Counted from the stretch's first letter, positions 1-13,400 are shown. The stretch is 64,000 nt of DNA from Octopus vulgaris (GCA_951406725.2 OX597832.1:2356001-2420000); one strand, 5' to 3'. The notes: generated by a model from the letters alone, not told the origin. A program made the numbers and translations.

Positions 1-559
1 CTAGTTCTCATAATTGAATCTATAGCAAAATTAGAGAGAAATATTTGAGGTATGGAAGTGAAACCTAAATTTGAGGTCTTAAGATAAACTTAGCAAAGAT
101 GAAAGTTTTGGTAAATAGGAAAGAAGACAGAGCCTTGCTCAATAATAGGTATAAACAACATATGCTGTACCTAATGTAAGCTGTGGAATGTGAAATCAAA
201 GGCTAATTAAGACAAAAAAATAAGCTTTGTATGTGAGAGATACACTGGAGTATCGTACTAAGAGCACACTGGAAATAGAATCTTGTAAATAAGATAGATC
301 ACTAGAAATAGTTGATAACATTTGTTAACTAGATGTAATCAGCAAAGTGTATATATCTGTATTTATGTATATTAAACTTTTTAATACTTTTTGATAGTTA
401 TATATATTTTTAAAAAAATATAAATATAAATTAATAATTTTAATTTTAAATTTAAATAATTTTAATTTTTTAATTTTATATTTTATATATTTTGTATATT
501 ATATTTTTATTTTTATGCTTTGGTTTATGTTTTTCACTGTTTGATTTGCCTATTAGTGG

Positions 560-1760
560 TTTTATCTCTAATTTATATATATATATATATAATGTGTGCA
601 TTATATGGTCGGTTGAGCTGAAAATATGCACACCTATGTTAAAAGTGCTGGCAAGTTTGCATGACAACTATTTTTTTCCTCAAATGAAAGGCTTGACCTC
701 TAGGACAAAATTCCTCATCTTATAAAATGTGGTCCCAGTAGACCCAAATGAAATTGGGTTATATTAACCAAAATGTGAAAAGGGGTCTAAATGGGGCTGG
801 AAGGGGATTAAAATTTACAGGAGCGGGTGTTTAGGAATTCTCTGTTACATCAAGCTAAAAAATTTGCACCAGCCTTTTAATCGTCAATGTGTTGCCGTCC
901 ATGATGAAGAAGTTTTGAATGCTTGCCATGGTGAGTCTACTGTCGTGAGAAAGAATCACTTCAAAACTTGGTGTTTAGGAATTTTCTTTTACATCAAGTT
1001 CAAAATTTTATGCCAGCCGTCAAACTGTCAATACGTTGCTGTCTGTTGTTAAGAAATGCCAGCCATGGTGACTCTACTATCCTCAGATTCTATCCCTTCA
1101 AACTTTGGTTTCCAATATTTTATTATTTTTATTCAGCTCGCAAGTTCGTCTGTCCCTTTTAAATGTTAGTGTTTTGCTGTCTGCCTTGAAGCAGACCTTT
1201 CTGTTGTCACTGCCTGATATTTATGATTGATCTTTCAAAATATTTTATTTCTCAACTTACTCAAGATCTTTTGTTGTTTATAAATGGGAGAGAGATAGAT
1301 AAAGATAGAGAGTAAGAGAAAGCGAGGGAGAGTCCGAGAGAAAAGAAAAGTAAGAGAGAAAGGAGAGAGAAACAAAGAGGGAGAATCATCGTCATCATCG
1401 TTTAATGTCCGTTTTCCATGCTAGCACGGGTTGGACAGTTTGACTGGGGTCTGGGAAGCCAGGAGGCTGCACCAGGCTCCAGTCTGATCTGGCAGTGTTT
1501 CTACAGCTGGATGCCCTTCCTAACGCCAACCACTCTGTGAATGTAGTGGGTGCTTTTTTTGTGCCGCCGGCACAGGTGCCAGGGGGTCTGGCAGCGACTA
1601 CGATCGGTTGGTGCTTTTTACATGCCACCGGCACAGAAGCCAGTCAAGGCGGCGCTGCCATCGGCCACGTTCGGATGGTGCTTTTTATGTGCTGAAAGGG
1701 AGCTACAGAAAGTAACAACCACACTCTTACCCGCGCGTAGAGCGGGTCACCTTAAGCTAG
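560..1760 (-). mobile_element. Helentron/HINE-like non-autonomous element with internal ~140-bp degenerate tandem repeats (826-1200), interrupted by a retroelement tail
   Basis: Minus-strand start CTAGCTTAAGGTGACCCGCTCTACGCGCGGGTAAG-GTGGTTGTTACTTTCTG matches the element at ~30747; the left boundary is approximate. Confidence 0.5.
1386..1692 (-). mobile_element. 3' end of an abundant RTE-related LINE/SINE family, (GAT)n tail
   Basis: CATCATCGTTTAATGTCCGTTTTCCATGCTAGCACGGGTTGGAC motif, recurring at 2455, 7200, 32160, 52455, 60580, 61335 and 62165. Confidence 0.8.
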
Positions 1761-1867
1761 TATATATATATATATATATATATATACATACACACAGATA
1801 CAATAATAAAATCTGCAAAAAGAGTAGTGCACTTGCTAACAGACACCAATATATATATATATGTACA

Positions 1868-1912
<45 letters not shown>

Positions 1913-1945
1913 CAGAGACAGGCAGATACAAATAGATAGATATGT
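1760..1945. repeat. (TA)n/(CA)n microsatellites
   Basis: Directly visible. Confidence 0.9.
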
Positions 1946-2259
1946 TTCCCTCAACCCTTCCCAATCTTTACAGATGTTGCCTCTCTCCCTCCCTCCCCTT
2001 TCCACTCTCTTCTCCCCCTTGCAACCCCTACTCATTTTATACCTTGAGGTACCACCTGGACAACTCACAACCACTAATTATCTCTTTCAAGATACCACCT
2101 GTTCTCTCACTCTCTCCTAAATGTGAGTACCCATTTAGGAGAGAGAACTTGCTCTACTCCAACCTCTTCTCTTGTACTTTAATTTTCATCTAACATCAAG
2201 ATACAACATCCCCCATCCTTGGTTTTGTAGATTTGTGAGCAATATGATGACTTCAATAG

Positions 2260-2790
2260 TGCAGGTGGCACAAAAAAGGACCCAGGATACACTAAAATAG
2301 TTGATGTTAAGAAGGGCATCCATCAATAGAAACCAAGCCAAAGTAGTAGACATTGGAATATGATGTAGTCCTCAGACCCATCAGATCCTTGTCAAACCAT
2401 CAACCCATGCCAGCATAGAACATGGACATTAAATGATGATGATATGTATGAGATCATTATCATCATCATCCTTCAATGTCCATTTTCCATGCTAGTATGA
2501 GTTGGATGGTTTGACTAGAGCTGGGAAGCTGCACCAGGTTCTAGTCTGATTTGGTTTGGTTTCTATGGTTGGATGCTTTTAACATGACACCACACAAGTA
2601 GCAGTGTGTGGCACTGGCACAAGTGCTTTTAACATGGCACCAACGCATGACTCTTGCAGGCCAATCCTCCAGGGTGAGTGACCTTAACACTTCTGCTGTG
2701 GAAGACGGGTCTTCTTGAGTACAGCAAGGCACCAGGTATATCGGTCCTTTGACATCTTGTCTGAGAGGTTCAGCATCCGGAGATCGTCCT
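2260..2790. mobile_element. Two tail-to-tail copies of the RTE-related 3' end (2260-2442 plus, 2455-2790 minus)
   Basis: ...CATGGACATTAAATGATGATGAT followed by ATCATCATCCTTCAATGTCCATTTTCCATGC. Confidence 0.75.
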
Positions 2791-3216
2791 TCAGTATATA
2801 TATAAAAGCACCAATCACGGTCAAATTGTAATAGGAGAAATGCTTATGATATAACTAACATGGAAACAACTTCCAAAAATTAAGTCAGAACTGCATATAT
2901 AATTATGATAAATGCTCATGCAGAGAAAAATCAAAATGCCCATTGATGAACCTTTGTATGAGTACAAATCTTGTATGTAAATGTACTGTGCACACAATGT
3001 TTACATTGGGCAGATGGCTGATTCATTTAAGAATTGTTATCACAACCATGTCGCCAGCATCAAGAGAATCAATAAAGGACATATAACATCTTTGTTATAT
3101 AACATAACTTGATCCATAGTAAGGCATGCAAAACCATACAATGTCATTTCCAGGAGATGCCAATTCTGCTCCAAGGAATACCTGTCTATTCTGTGAACCA
3201 ATGAGAAGATCATTAA

Positions 3217-4306
3217 CCCTTTCGTTACCAAACCGCCCAAAGCCGCCCGAAAAAAATTTTGGTTAATGTGACCAAGCCGCCCGAATTTACCTATTCATAT
3301 TTAAATGAGAATATCAGAGCAAATCTCTTTAGTACAATCGTGAAAACACGTATTATACTTCGTAAACAGTTCAACTACAGTTTTGTACAATAATCAAAGT
3401 GTAATTTTAATTCCGTGAATTTTGAGAGATTTTTTTCCGAAATTTGTTCCTATTGTGTTTTCAAAATTTGTAATTCTGACAAAAAATGGATACGAATTTC
3501 ATTATATCAAGCAGCGAGTCAGAATTCGAAGGATTTTATACTGAAGACCTTCATAAATCTAACTCTATGACTGAAAAAAAAAGCACATGGTATTTGATAA
3601 TGAATCTGATGTTTCATTTTCCGAAAGTGAAAACAGTGAATTCGAGAGCTCCGACAGCGATAAAGAAAATGAATTGGCACCTGAATGGAGTGAAAATTTA
3701 AAAACTGTTTCTTTCGGTGATTTTTCTGAAGAAACTGGACCAAGCCACAGACTTTCCCAGAGGAGTAAAGCCTTAGACTATTTCTTTTTACTTTTTCGAA
3801 TGAGCCTATTTGAAATCATTACGGTGGAAACGAACTGTTACGCTAAACGTAAACAAAGCGAAAGAAACGATAGTTTGTGGTTTCCCATAACCTTAAATGA
3901 AATTAAGACTATTTTGCCGTAAATATTATTATGGGTATCAGAAAACAGAAAGTTTGGTCACATTAACCCAGAATAACAAATTCTATCGTAAAATTTTGTT
4001 GTATACCCAATTGAATATTAGCTAATAACCCATTTTCTATAGCGATGTTTGAACAAAATTTTAATTTTATATTTTGTTGAATTTACCTGTATCTACCTGC
4101 AATTAGAGTCACTTTGTGACAAAAATTATAGTATAGAATTGGTTGAGAATATTTCATTAAATTATCTTCCAAAAATCAGATTAATATATTGATAAATAAA
4201 AAAGTTATAGGTGTTTAATGAAACCAGACTAAATTTATGATTACGTTAGAAATTAATTGAAACACATAAGGGGTGTATTTTGGTCAGAAATATAGTAACG
4301 AAAGGG
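3217..4306 (+). mobile_element. Internally deleted piggyBac DNA transposon
   Basis: TTAA TSDs at 3213-3216 and 4307-4310; TIRs CCCTTTCGTTAC/GTAACGAAAGGG; acidic PGBD4-like N-terminal transposase remnant (ORFs 3486.. and 3587..: FSEETGP..ALDYFFLLF..IITVETNCYA). Confidence 0.9.
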
Positions 4307-4780
4307 TTAATAGAATTTCTGAAAAACTCTCAAGATGCCTACATGCATTTAAATGTACTTACGCACAATGCAGTGGGAATGAATTTGAGTAACTGTTTAC
4401 ATAATTTACTTTAAGGTACAGATGAATTAAGTTTAGCTTTAACATACCCATTCTCATAAATATCAAGTTGCTATTTAACTCGCTTTGTGGTTGTGAGTGC
4501 ACCAAACCACACATGTGCATATGCTTACATTTTCACAGATGCTTGTATGAGCAAGTGTACATGCACCATGCAGCTTGCACAAGGGTGTTTATACATCCAT
4601 ATTTGTTAACAGTTATTTTTAATACTTTTCTCAATGTATTGCATGTTCATTTCTTTTTCGCATATGATTTTATTTTTGATCTTCTAAATGAAGGTATTTC
4701 CTTCATTTTACTGCTTTTCTTTCTACAAAATGAGGAGATACATTGCGGAACTGTTATTTTAATAAACTGTATCTATTTAT

Positions 4781-4834
4781 CACCTGATGAGACACATCTG
4801 CACCACCAGATGCTCGTGAACCGGTTGTCAAGTG
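4781..4834 (+). ncRNA. Degenerate type-I hammerhead-ribozyme-like motif in the Penelope terminal region
   Basis: CAC-CTGATGA-[CATCTG/CAGATG stem]-GAA-CCGGTT-GTC-AAGTG; GAAA box reduced to GAA. Confidence 0.45.
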
Positions 4835-6119
4835 TCCCACCTAGATGTGTCAAAACAATTGTCATGATTAATAATCAAAATTCTCATATATTCCATCTTC
4901 TGTCTTTCATTTACTATATATATACAAACATATCTGTGTATGTTTTCTATATGTGTATACAGAGATAGGATAGACAGACACATGCATGTGCATGCACACA
5001 CACACACACGTGCACATTGGCACACACCACAATGATGAAATCTGACAGGAAGCCAAAGATCCAAGAGACATGTGACAACTGTGGTGGTGAGTGATATAGC
5101 ATTTTATTTATGGTCTTTAAGAAAGGATAGAGATTCAAAATGTAGCAACAGCTTTCATTAAGATCTGTTTCCATCACCTTTGTTATATTTAACATGAGCG
5201 CAACAGAATAGTAATCAAGAGAAGCATCGTCTTTGAAGAGAGAGAGAGTGTACCTGATGAATTTGATGAAGACAGATACTAGTTCTGTAGTACATATTTG
5301 ATAGTAATAGAGATAACATTGGCAACAGCCAGCTTGTTTTAATTGACTGGAGATATTTCATATTTGGGATGCATGTTTGTGAAGCCTGAGAGATGTAGTT
5401 TTATGTTAGGTGGTACAGTTTTTAAGATCTGAGAGAAGGGACCAGGACAGAATGGGTTTCTTGCTTTAGAGGGACCACATGGCTACTCACATTTTAGAAG
5501 AGAGGATAATTGGTGTGGAGCTGGAAAAAGATAAAAGTACTGATGATGAGGTATCTAGGTGGACCCTTGAGGTACAATGTGAATAAGAGGGGTGACAGAA
5601 GGATTTGGAGTGTAGGGAAGCAGATGTTGCAAGGTGAGAGAGAGAGAGATGGGGAGTGGCTGAGAGGTGTATATAATGAATGAAGAACAAGTATTGAAGG
5701 ATGGATGCAGTGAATGAAGAACAAATGTTAAGGAGAGGATGTAGTGAATGGTGGATTAGGGATGGGGATTGACCAGAGACACATGGGGGTGAAGAGCAGC
5801 GAAATAGTACTGGTGATACAGTAGACAGGGAAGATTGAGTGAGAAAGAGAAAAAGGCAAGCATAGTGCATAAGGACAGTGAGAGATTTACAATGGTAGAG
5901 GAGAGATAATTTGCTGGCCTGAAGGTGAAAGGATGGACAATGTAAAATGTGTGCAGAGAGGATAGTATTTGTAAGAAATATGAATAACAAGTGAAATGGT
6001 TCCTGGTAGTAAGATAAATTAGTGATAAAAAAAACAGCTGTAGTTAGAAAGATGAAGGGTGGTGGAAGTGTCTTGGGGAAGAAATTGGATGAAGGACTCA
6101 GTTATGTATATGTATACTT

Positions 6120-6485
6120 GAGAAAATCTGTGCAACATCTCACCAGTCATCCCAGTCTCTTGTCACCTCTTTTATAGGGTTTGAGATCCTAAGATCAGCC
6201 TCCACCACTTTGTCCCATATATTTCTGGGCCTCCTTCTTCTGTAAACTCTCCCCACATTAAGTGATCAACATTTCTTTATACAGTTATCCTCATCATTCA
6301 CATTGCATAATCATACAAGTGCAGTCTTTTTTTTTTGTGCTCTATATCTGATTCCTTCTATGCCTAGGTTTTCTCTCAGCACATTTGTTCTATGTCATTC
6401 ATGCACACTTACATTGCACATCAAACAGAGTATACTCAATTCATTTCTTTCCAGTTTCTTCAAGTACTCTGCATCCAAGACCTAG
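6120..6485 (-). mobile_element. RTE LINE ORF C-terminal/3' remnant
   Basis: Similar to the 53280-53700 copy. Confidence 0.6.
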
Positions 6486-6894
6486 TTCAAACTAGGAGAT
6501 GAATTAAGTCCAGAATTCAAGAATAGATACAGTTCATCTGATAGTCTTCAGTCAACTCAATTTGACTCCCATAGCATAGATCAACCTGAGGTTAAGACAT
6601 GTAGCTAAACCAGTGTGCACTGAAAGTGAACCTAGAACCAAATAATTAATGTGAAATTCTTAACCACACCACAGCCATGCCTGAACTCGTATGTATGTAC
6701 ATGTAGAATAACTATGAGAAAATCTACTATAAAGAAAAATTAATTAAAACACAAAAATAATTTTCAAAAGGTTTATTTGTTGAACCATTCGAAATTTCCT
6801 GGTATAAAAATTAACAAAATATATGCTGTATGCAATGAGCATGATGATAATAATCAGTTTAAATATTTTTTCTTCCATGCTAGTCTAATATTTT

Positions 6895-7250
6895 TCTCAC
6901 TGAGGAAATGACAAGGGACCAGGAGACGTGGCGATTTGCTGTACTTGATAAGATACACCAAGCAAAATTGCTGTCTTCCACATGTACAGGCTTTTCCTTT
7001 CAGGTGCTGGTGTCACTTAAAAAGCACCCATACTAGTGCTGTGTAAATGCACCCATGCCAGTGGCATGTAAAAAGCACTCAGCACACTCTGTTAAGTAAT
7101 TGGCATTAGGAAGTGCATCCAACTCTAAAAATCATGCAACAACATATAATTGGAATCTGAACAGCTCCCTGCTAGCCAGCTCCGAGTCATACTGTCCAAC
7201 CCATGCCAGCAGGGAAAGTGGACATTAAACAATGATGATGATGATGATAC
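6895..7250 (+). mobile_element. RTE-related 3' end with (GAT)n tail
   Basis: CCAACCCATGCCAGCAGGGAAAGTGGACATTAAACAATGATGATG. Confidence 0.75.
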
Positions 7251-7397
7251 TTAATCAAGTGAGTGAAATTAAAATTTTTTTTTTTCTAAAATAATAACCA
7301 ACATTAAAAACAATCCTGATAATTCTCTTTCTTTCATTCTAAACTGTAAAATATTCACAATGAAATTAATTATATATAAATTAATGTTATATCTTAC

Positions 7398-7471
7398 TTG
7401 TAAAACAACACATGTTGGTCGATAGCTCTCCATAACAGCTTGTATTACAGGCTTAAAGACCTGCATATATG
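7398..7471 (-). CDS. HDAC3: HDAC3 exon 9 ([25 protein letters not shown])
   Basis: TTCTAG/GTAAG, 74 nt; overlaps ORF-track entry 7269..7466. Confidence 0.94.
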
Positions 7472-10400
7472 CTAGAAGAAAGAATGAAATAGAGAATTCT
7501 AAATTTCTGTAATAAGAGAGGTGGCTATAGTTTTGATCAACCTATATATAGTACTTTGTTTCTATTATTAGCAAAGTTTCAACCTTGCCAGAGCTTCCAA
7601 TAATAACTCAAATGAAGAATCCATCTTCTGCCAATTCTAACATTATCATTTCAATAACTTCTTCATCTCAGACTCCTATCCTTCCATTTAACTTTTCCTT
7701 GTATACTGTAACTTATCAAGAAGTAACACTGTTATAATCAGTTTGTAAAAAGTTTAAATATCTCTATTTCTACAACAGTATAATATATTTCTAACATCCT
7801 GTAGAGAGTCTGTAGATGAACCTGATATATATGTAACCATTAAATAATTCCATTCTGTTTTATTATTACCAAGCTAGTAAAAGACAAGGTTGTAAATGCT
7901 TAGCAAGGTAATTTATTACCAAATTTTCTCAATTTATGTGTTTTGTTAGTTATATTTCACATATATACATTTCCACTGGAAAGAAATGGGCTCTACCAAT
8001 CTTAATTAATCTTGTCATACAAATAGTACTTTCTTCTTAATCCCTCATTTGTGCAAAATAATTCCTGATTGGGCATATTAAACTGTACAATAAAACTCAG
8101 AAATTCATAAGAAATATTAAATGTACTAAACTATTTTCTTACAAAACTGTAAGTCTTTATAAGTAAAAAGGTGAGGTTTATTTCATACAACAGTTTATTA
8201 TACAAAAACAAAATGAGAAAGATATATTTCTAACATAAGATTTTAAACTGTATTTTCAAAAATTTTAAATATTATCAGAAAACCATAAAACAACTACAAT
8301 GTAAATATAAAGAACGATACATATATTCAAAATTATCATAAATTTGCAGGAAGTTGATAACATATAGAGCAAGTCAAGATCTTTTAAGATGATGTTGTTG
8401 TCAGTGTTTTATTGTGTGCCCAATAATTTATCTGGCTTCTTCTCCTCTGTCTGTGTTGATGCCTCTGATGACTAAAGAGGCTGATTCTTGCATGGAAATG
8501 TCTATTGCAAAGTTCACAAGGAATCCGTGGTGGAGGCTTTGATTGTTGCATCCTCCGTTTTCTTTCTCATCATTTCTCTTCTTTTCTGTCATTCAGTGTC
8601 AAAATGATCTGTCACAGTGGAGATGGAATGATGTCAGCTGGGCCTGTCTTCAGCTTCAATGTTCCAGGTTTTGGGATCAATTCCAGTCACTTCTAGGCTT
8701 TGCTTCAGCTGGTCCTTGTATCAACGGAAGGGACAGCCATGGAGTCTTTTTCCAGTGGTAAGTTCACCATATAAAATTTGAGAAGGCAGCCGGGTCTCTT
8801 TCATTCTTGCTATGTGGCCTGTCCATCTCAGACAATGTTTCAGGATGGTGGCCTCAATACTATTGCTTTTCATTCACTCCAGAATGGAAACATCAGTCAC
8901 ATAGTCATACCATTTCATATTCATAATAGAATGGAGATTCTGTTGGTGAAATCGCTCTAGTTTTTTTTACATCACTTCGGTAAAGAGTCCCAGTTTCACA
9001 ACTGTAGAGGAGAGTGGAGATCATGACTGCTTGGTAGACACTTGACTTTGTTTGGTGGTTCAGATGTTTGTTCTTAAAAACCCTTTTTGCAAGTTCACCA
9101 AACATAGTGTGAGCCGCTCTTAATCGGTTCCCCATATCCTTTTCCAATCTGCACTTGTTTGAAAGCAAACTTCCTGAGTTCCTCCAGTGGTGTGTCCAAA
9201 ATGGTAATGATGAGGTCTACAGTTTCCTGACTTAGCATGGGTTGTGCCAGGATTTTTGTCTTTTTGATGTTGACTTTTAGGCCAAACCAAGTGTAAGCAT
9301 AGGTGAAGTTATTCACCAATTGTTAAAGCTGTTCACTGGAGTGATCTTTTGCTTCCCAGTCAGTCTTCATGACTTGAATCTGGCATGGTTGAAACAGCTT
9401 CCATTATATCAGTACCTAATGTTGACTCCTGGATTGTCCGAAGGCAGTTCCTGAAACATTGCTGCAAGGGTGCAGGGAGAAAAGCATCCTTGTTTTAATC
9501 TTGCAATGATGGGGAAGTCTTTGGACAGTTGGTTTTGATGGAAGATGGTTCCAGTCATACCATCATGTAATCCCTGTACTACAGAAACAAACTGATGGGG
9601 GCAGCCAAAGCGTTAGATGACTTTCCACATTGCAGGCCTTGGGATGGTATCAAAGGCCCTTTTGAGATCATAGAAAACAAAAGAGAGAGGTTTTTGTTGT
9701 TCTCTACTCTTTTCTTGTATTTGTCAAGTGCAAAAGATCAAAATCCACATCGTGATTCAAGTAGGACTTAATCCACGATGACTTGAAGATGATCCAGAAG
9801 GAGCCTTGCAAAGATTTTCCGTGGTGGAGAGCAGTGAGATGCCATGATAGTTCCCACAGATCTTTCTACCTCCCTTTTTGAAAATGGTGATGATAAAAGC
9901 ATCCTTAAGATTTTTGGAAACAGGGCAGTTCTTCTACATTTGGAGAAATAATGTGAACAGACTGGTGTTTAATAGAAAGACTTAAGAGATAGGTTCCAGG
10001 TTCTTCTGGAAAGAGAAAGAAGGAGAGAGAAAAATTCATGGATTCGCTTTTGCTATAAAATCCAAGCTTGTGAAGGAACACCATCAGAAACCTTTTGCCA
10101 TCAATGAATGGCTTATGACTCTCTGAATACCAATCTCTGCTACCACTTTTATGACACTGATCTCTGCTTACGCACCTACACTTGATGTCAATGACAACGT
10201 GAAAAACATCTTCTACCAACAGCTGAGTGACTTGATCTTCAATGTATCACCAAATGACAAGCTCCTCCTCCTCAGGGATTTCAATGCAAGAGTGGGGAGC
10301 GACAACAGACTACGGGAGAATGTTATTAACAAAGAAAGAGTCGGAAACTGCAATGAAAATGGACTCTTGCCCTTTGGGCTGTGCGCTAAACACTCTCCCT

Positions 10401-13400
10401 ACATCACCAACACCCAATTTCAACTCCCAAATCACTTCAAGACCACCTGCAAGCACCCCAGTTCGAAACACTGGCATCTCCTGGACTACTTCATCATCTG
10501 ACAATGAGACAAAAGAAACGTCTTCATCATGCAAACAGCTAACAGCATTGACAATTGCTGGACAGACCATCGTCTAGTCATCACCTGCCTTCAAATAACG
10601 GTTTACAACAAACTAAAGACTGGAAAAACAAAACCAGTCAGAAGAAAATTTGACATATCAAAGCTTAACAACCCATAGATCAGCTCCCTTTATGCATCTT
10701 CCATTCTCAAACACCTTCAATTCATCCCATCTGACAACCAGGATATGGATAAGGAATAGAGCACACTTCGAAAAACCATCACTGAAGTGGCTGAAAACAC
10801 CCTCAGGTACAGCAAAAGGAGACAGCAGGACTGGTTTGATGAATGATCAAGAAATCAGCCAGCTGATCGATGCAAAATGGCAAACCCGCCTCTCTCATGA
10901 GCAAGATCCAAGATTGTGGCACAAGAAGGTGAGATATCAAGACTTCAAAAGACAATGCCAAACAAAATTCAGAGAGATGCAGAACAACTGGTGGCAACAG
11001 AAAACTGTTGAACTTCAGAGGTATGCTGACGTTCATGGCCTCAGACGCTTCTACGCAGGAACAAAGGAACTTTTTGAGTCCATATCAACAGGGTCTCTTC
11101 AATCAGTAGACACCAACACCATTCTGACTGACCCACAAGACATCCTTCAACACTGGACAGAGCACTTCTCAAGTCTTCTGAACTAAGACTCCAATGCGGC
11201 GGAAGACTTCTTGAAGAACATATCCATGCATCTAACTCGACACTGGATGAACACACCACCATCCTACAAAGAGTACCAGATTGTCCTCAATCACATGAAG
11301 CAACGGAAGTCCCCTCGCTCAGACAACATTCCAGTGGAACTTTTAAAGCATGGTAGACTACTATTAAAATTGTTTTAAATATAAAGAAAAATACATATAT
11401 TCAAAATTGTTTTAAATAATTATAAATTTGGAGAAAGTTGATAATATATAGACTAAGCCAGGATCTTTTAAGATATCACAAGGAGTAAACATTTGCTTTT
11501 TGATTATTACTAACTCTTCAGCAATTAAGATATGGATTCATCATGGAAACTCTGTAAAATAAATAATTAGGTTACAGACATGAGAATCATGTACATAACA
11601 TTACAAAGACATAATGGTTCCATAACATTAAATATCTTGTTTAAAACTCAAACAGAAATTAATAAGTATTTAGCAAGACAAGAAACACAGTGATGTTCAG
11701 TTTACAGACTTACTTTGATCATCAATTCCTTCTTTTAATGGGACATTAACTGAATAGTACCTGCCGCTCTCTGCCCCTGATTCATACATGTCACCTGAAG
11801 ATACCAAAAACAGAAACTGATATAACTGCACTGAATACAAGTAAAAGAATTTTAACTCAAATAAAGAGTAACCAGTATCTCAACTTAGGTTATAGTTTGT
11901 TACTAATTTTAAAGACATAATTTTTAATTTTTACTAAAGTTATTGTGGAGCTGAGTGGGTATATGCTGGAAGCATAGGGCTTTGCCAGAAGGGACCTCTT
12001 TTGCAATGGGGTTGTCATTCGTGATGGACACTGTAGCCATACGAATTCAGGAAATTTGCCACTAAGTTCTGGCCAGAGGTTAGATAGGTAAGGCTCTCAC
12101 AAATATATCCCACCTGGAAATAATCAATGTAACAAAAGGACCCGTGAGGTAGGTGAACTACATTTTTTCCCCTATACCGCAAGCTACTTCATCCTTCAAG
12201 CATTTTTATTTTGCCCCCTTTTCTGGATGATATGTCAACAAAAATAAGCATCAGTAGTGATGCCATCAGACCCTTCTGTGGTGAGGGAGATGTTATCGCC
12301 TAGATTCGGAAGATCAAGGGATCATTCTGAAGATAGAAGTGTTGAAGTGGAGGACGCAGCCTGGATCAGTAAAACAGGTGATTGCAACCACATCAATGTG
12401 GCTAAATTGGATGCAGTACTGAAAGGAGTGAATCAGGTCCTGAAAAAAAGGTACTATCAAGATTCAAACCAATTCAGCAACTGTGCTTGGATGGGCGAGA
12501 TCAGTGATCACCAATAAGAGAAGAGTACAAATGAAAGGGGCAGCAGAAATGTAAATAAAGTGCTCCATAGGAATTTGAGAGAGATACCAGCTGAATTCAG
12601 TCTGAAGTTGAGTGCAGTCGTTGTGCTTTCAGAAAGGAATAAAGTGGACAGCCTAACCAGGGTAAAAAAAACTTGGTTGGAAGTACCCAAAGATTTGGAG
12701 TAGGGAATAGCTGCAGCGAAACAGCTGAGCAACACAAAGTTAAGGAGACTGCATGCTATGCATCATATGGGAGTGGATAGAACCCTGTACCTAGCTAGGA
12801 AAGTTGACTCTGGCGTTACCTGACAGAGTTTTCAGAAAATGGTCAGGAGTTGTGACAGGTGTCAATCCATCAACCCCACTCTGGATGAAGCAGGAAACAC
12901 CCGTGGAACACAACTGGAAACAATCAGCAGTGGATGTGATGCACAACCAGCAGGGGACATATCTCTTGAAGGTTGACTGCAGACTGGGGTAGATGGCAAT
13001 ATGGAAGGAAATCAAGACAGGGACTGCAGATGAAGTTGCATGAATCCTGAATGAGGTATTCCTGGAGCCCTATGGATGAATTGCTGATGGATAATGGTAA
13101 GCATTTCACTCGGTGCTGAAGGAAAAACTTGATAAGTGGAATGTGAACTGCTTCTTCAAAATGGTGTATAAGACGAGTGGAAATGGGATCATGAAGAGAC
13201 ACCATCATGAGATCAAGGCCATGGCGGAGAGGGGACACATCTCATCAACTGAGGCAGTACTTTGGTATAATGTATGAGCTTGATCAGGACAGGCTGAGGA
13301 ATTGGTGCCACAGAGAGAAATATTCAGATATGAATAACATCCTTATATGGTATCAGTGACTTGTGGAAGAGAGAAAGCCTACCTTCAAGCAGGTAGGGGA

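Larger units (their letters stand above)
2800..4860 (+). mobile_element. Penelope-like retroelement 3' remnant (GIY-YIG endonuclease region), split by a piggyBac insertion
   Basis: Frameshifted translation CSCREKSKCPL...YIGQMADSFKNCYHNH...SIVRHAKPYNVISRRCQFCSKEYLSIL..EKII|NRISEKLSRCLH fits the PLE GIY-YIG Cys-rich pattern and rejoins across the TTAA at 3213/4307. Confidence 0.7.

Noticed and set aside
5080-5480. A second Penelope-like endonuclease remnant on the minus strand
   Set aside because: Similarity is too faint to support without a search.
476-6485. Many 60-170 aa ORF-track entries (YIYIYI, SLSLS-rich), and similar ones at 25574, 31198-31956 and 35523
   Set aside because: They are translations of microsatellite, low-complexity or TE antisense sequence, with no domain similarity or splice support.
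1-7397. HDAC3 exon 10 (CGADSLGCDRLGCFNLS...) and later exons
   Set aside because: No matching sequence found by eye on the minus strand; presumably left of the window.
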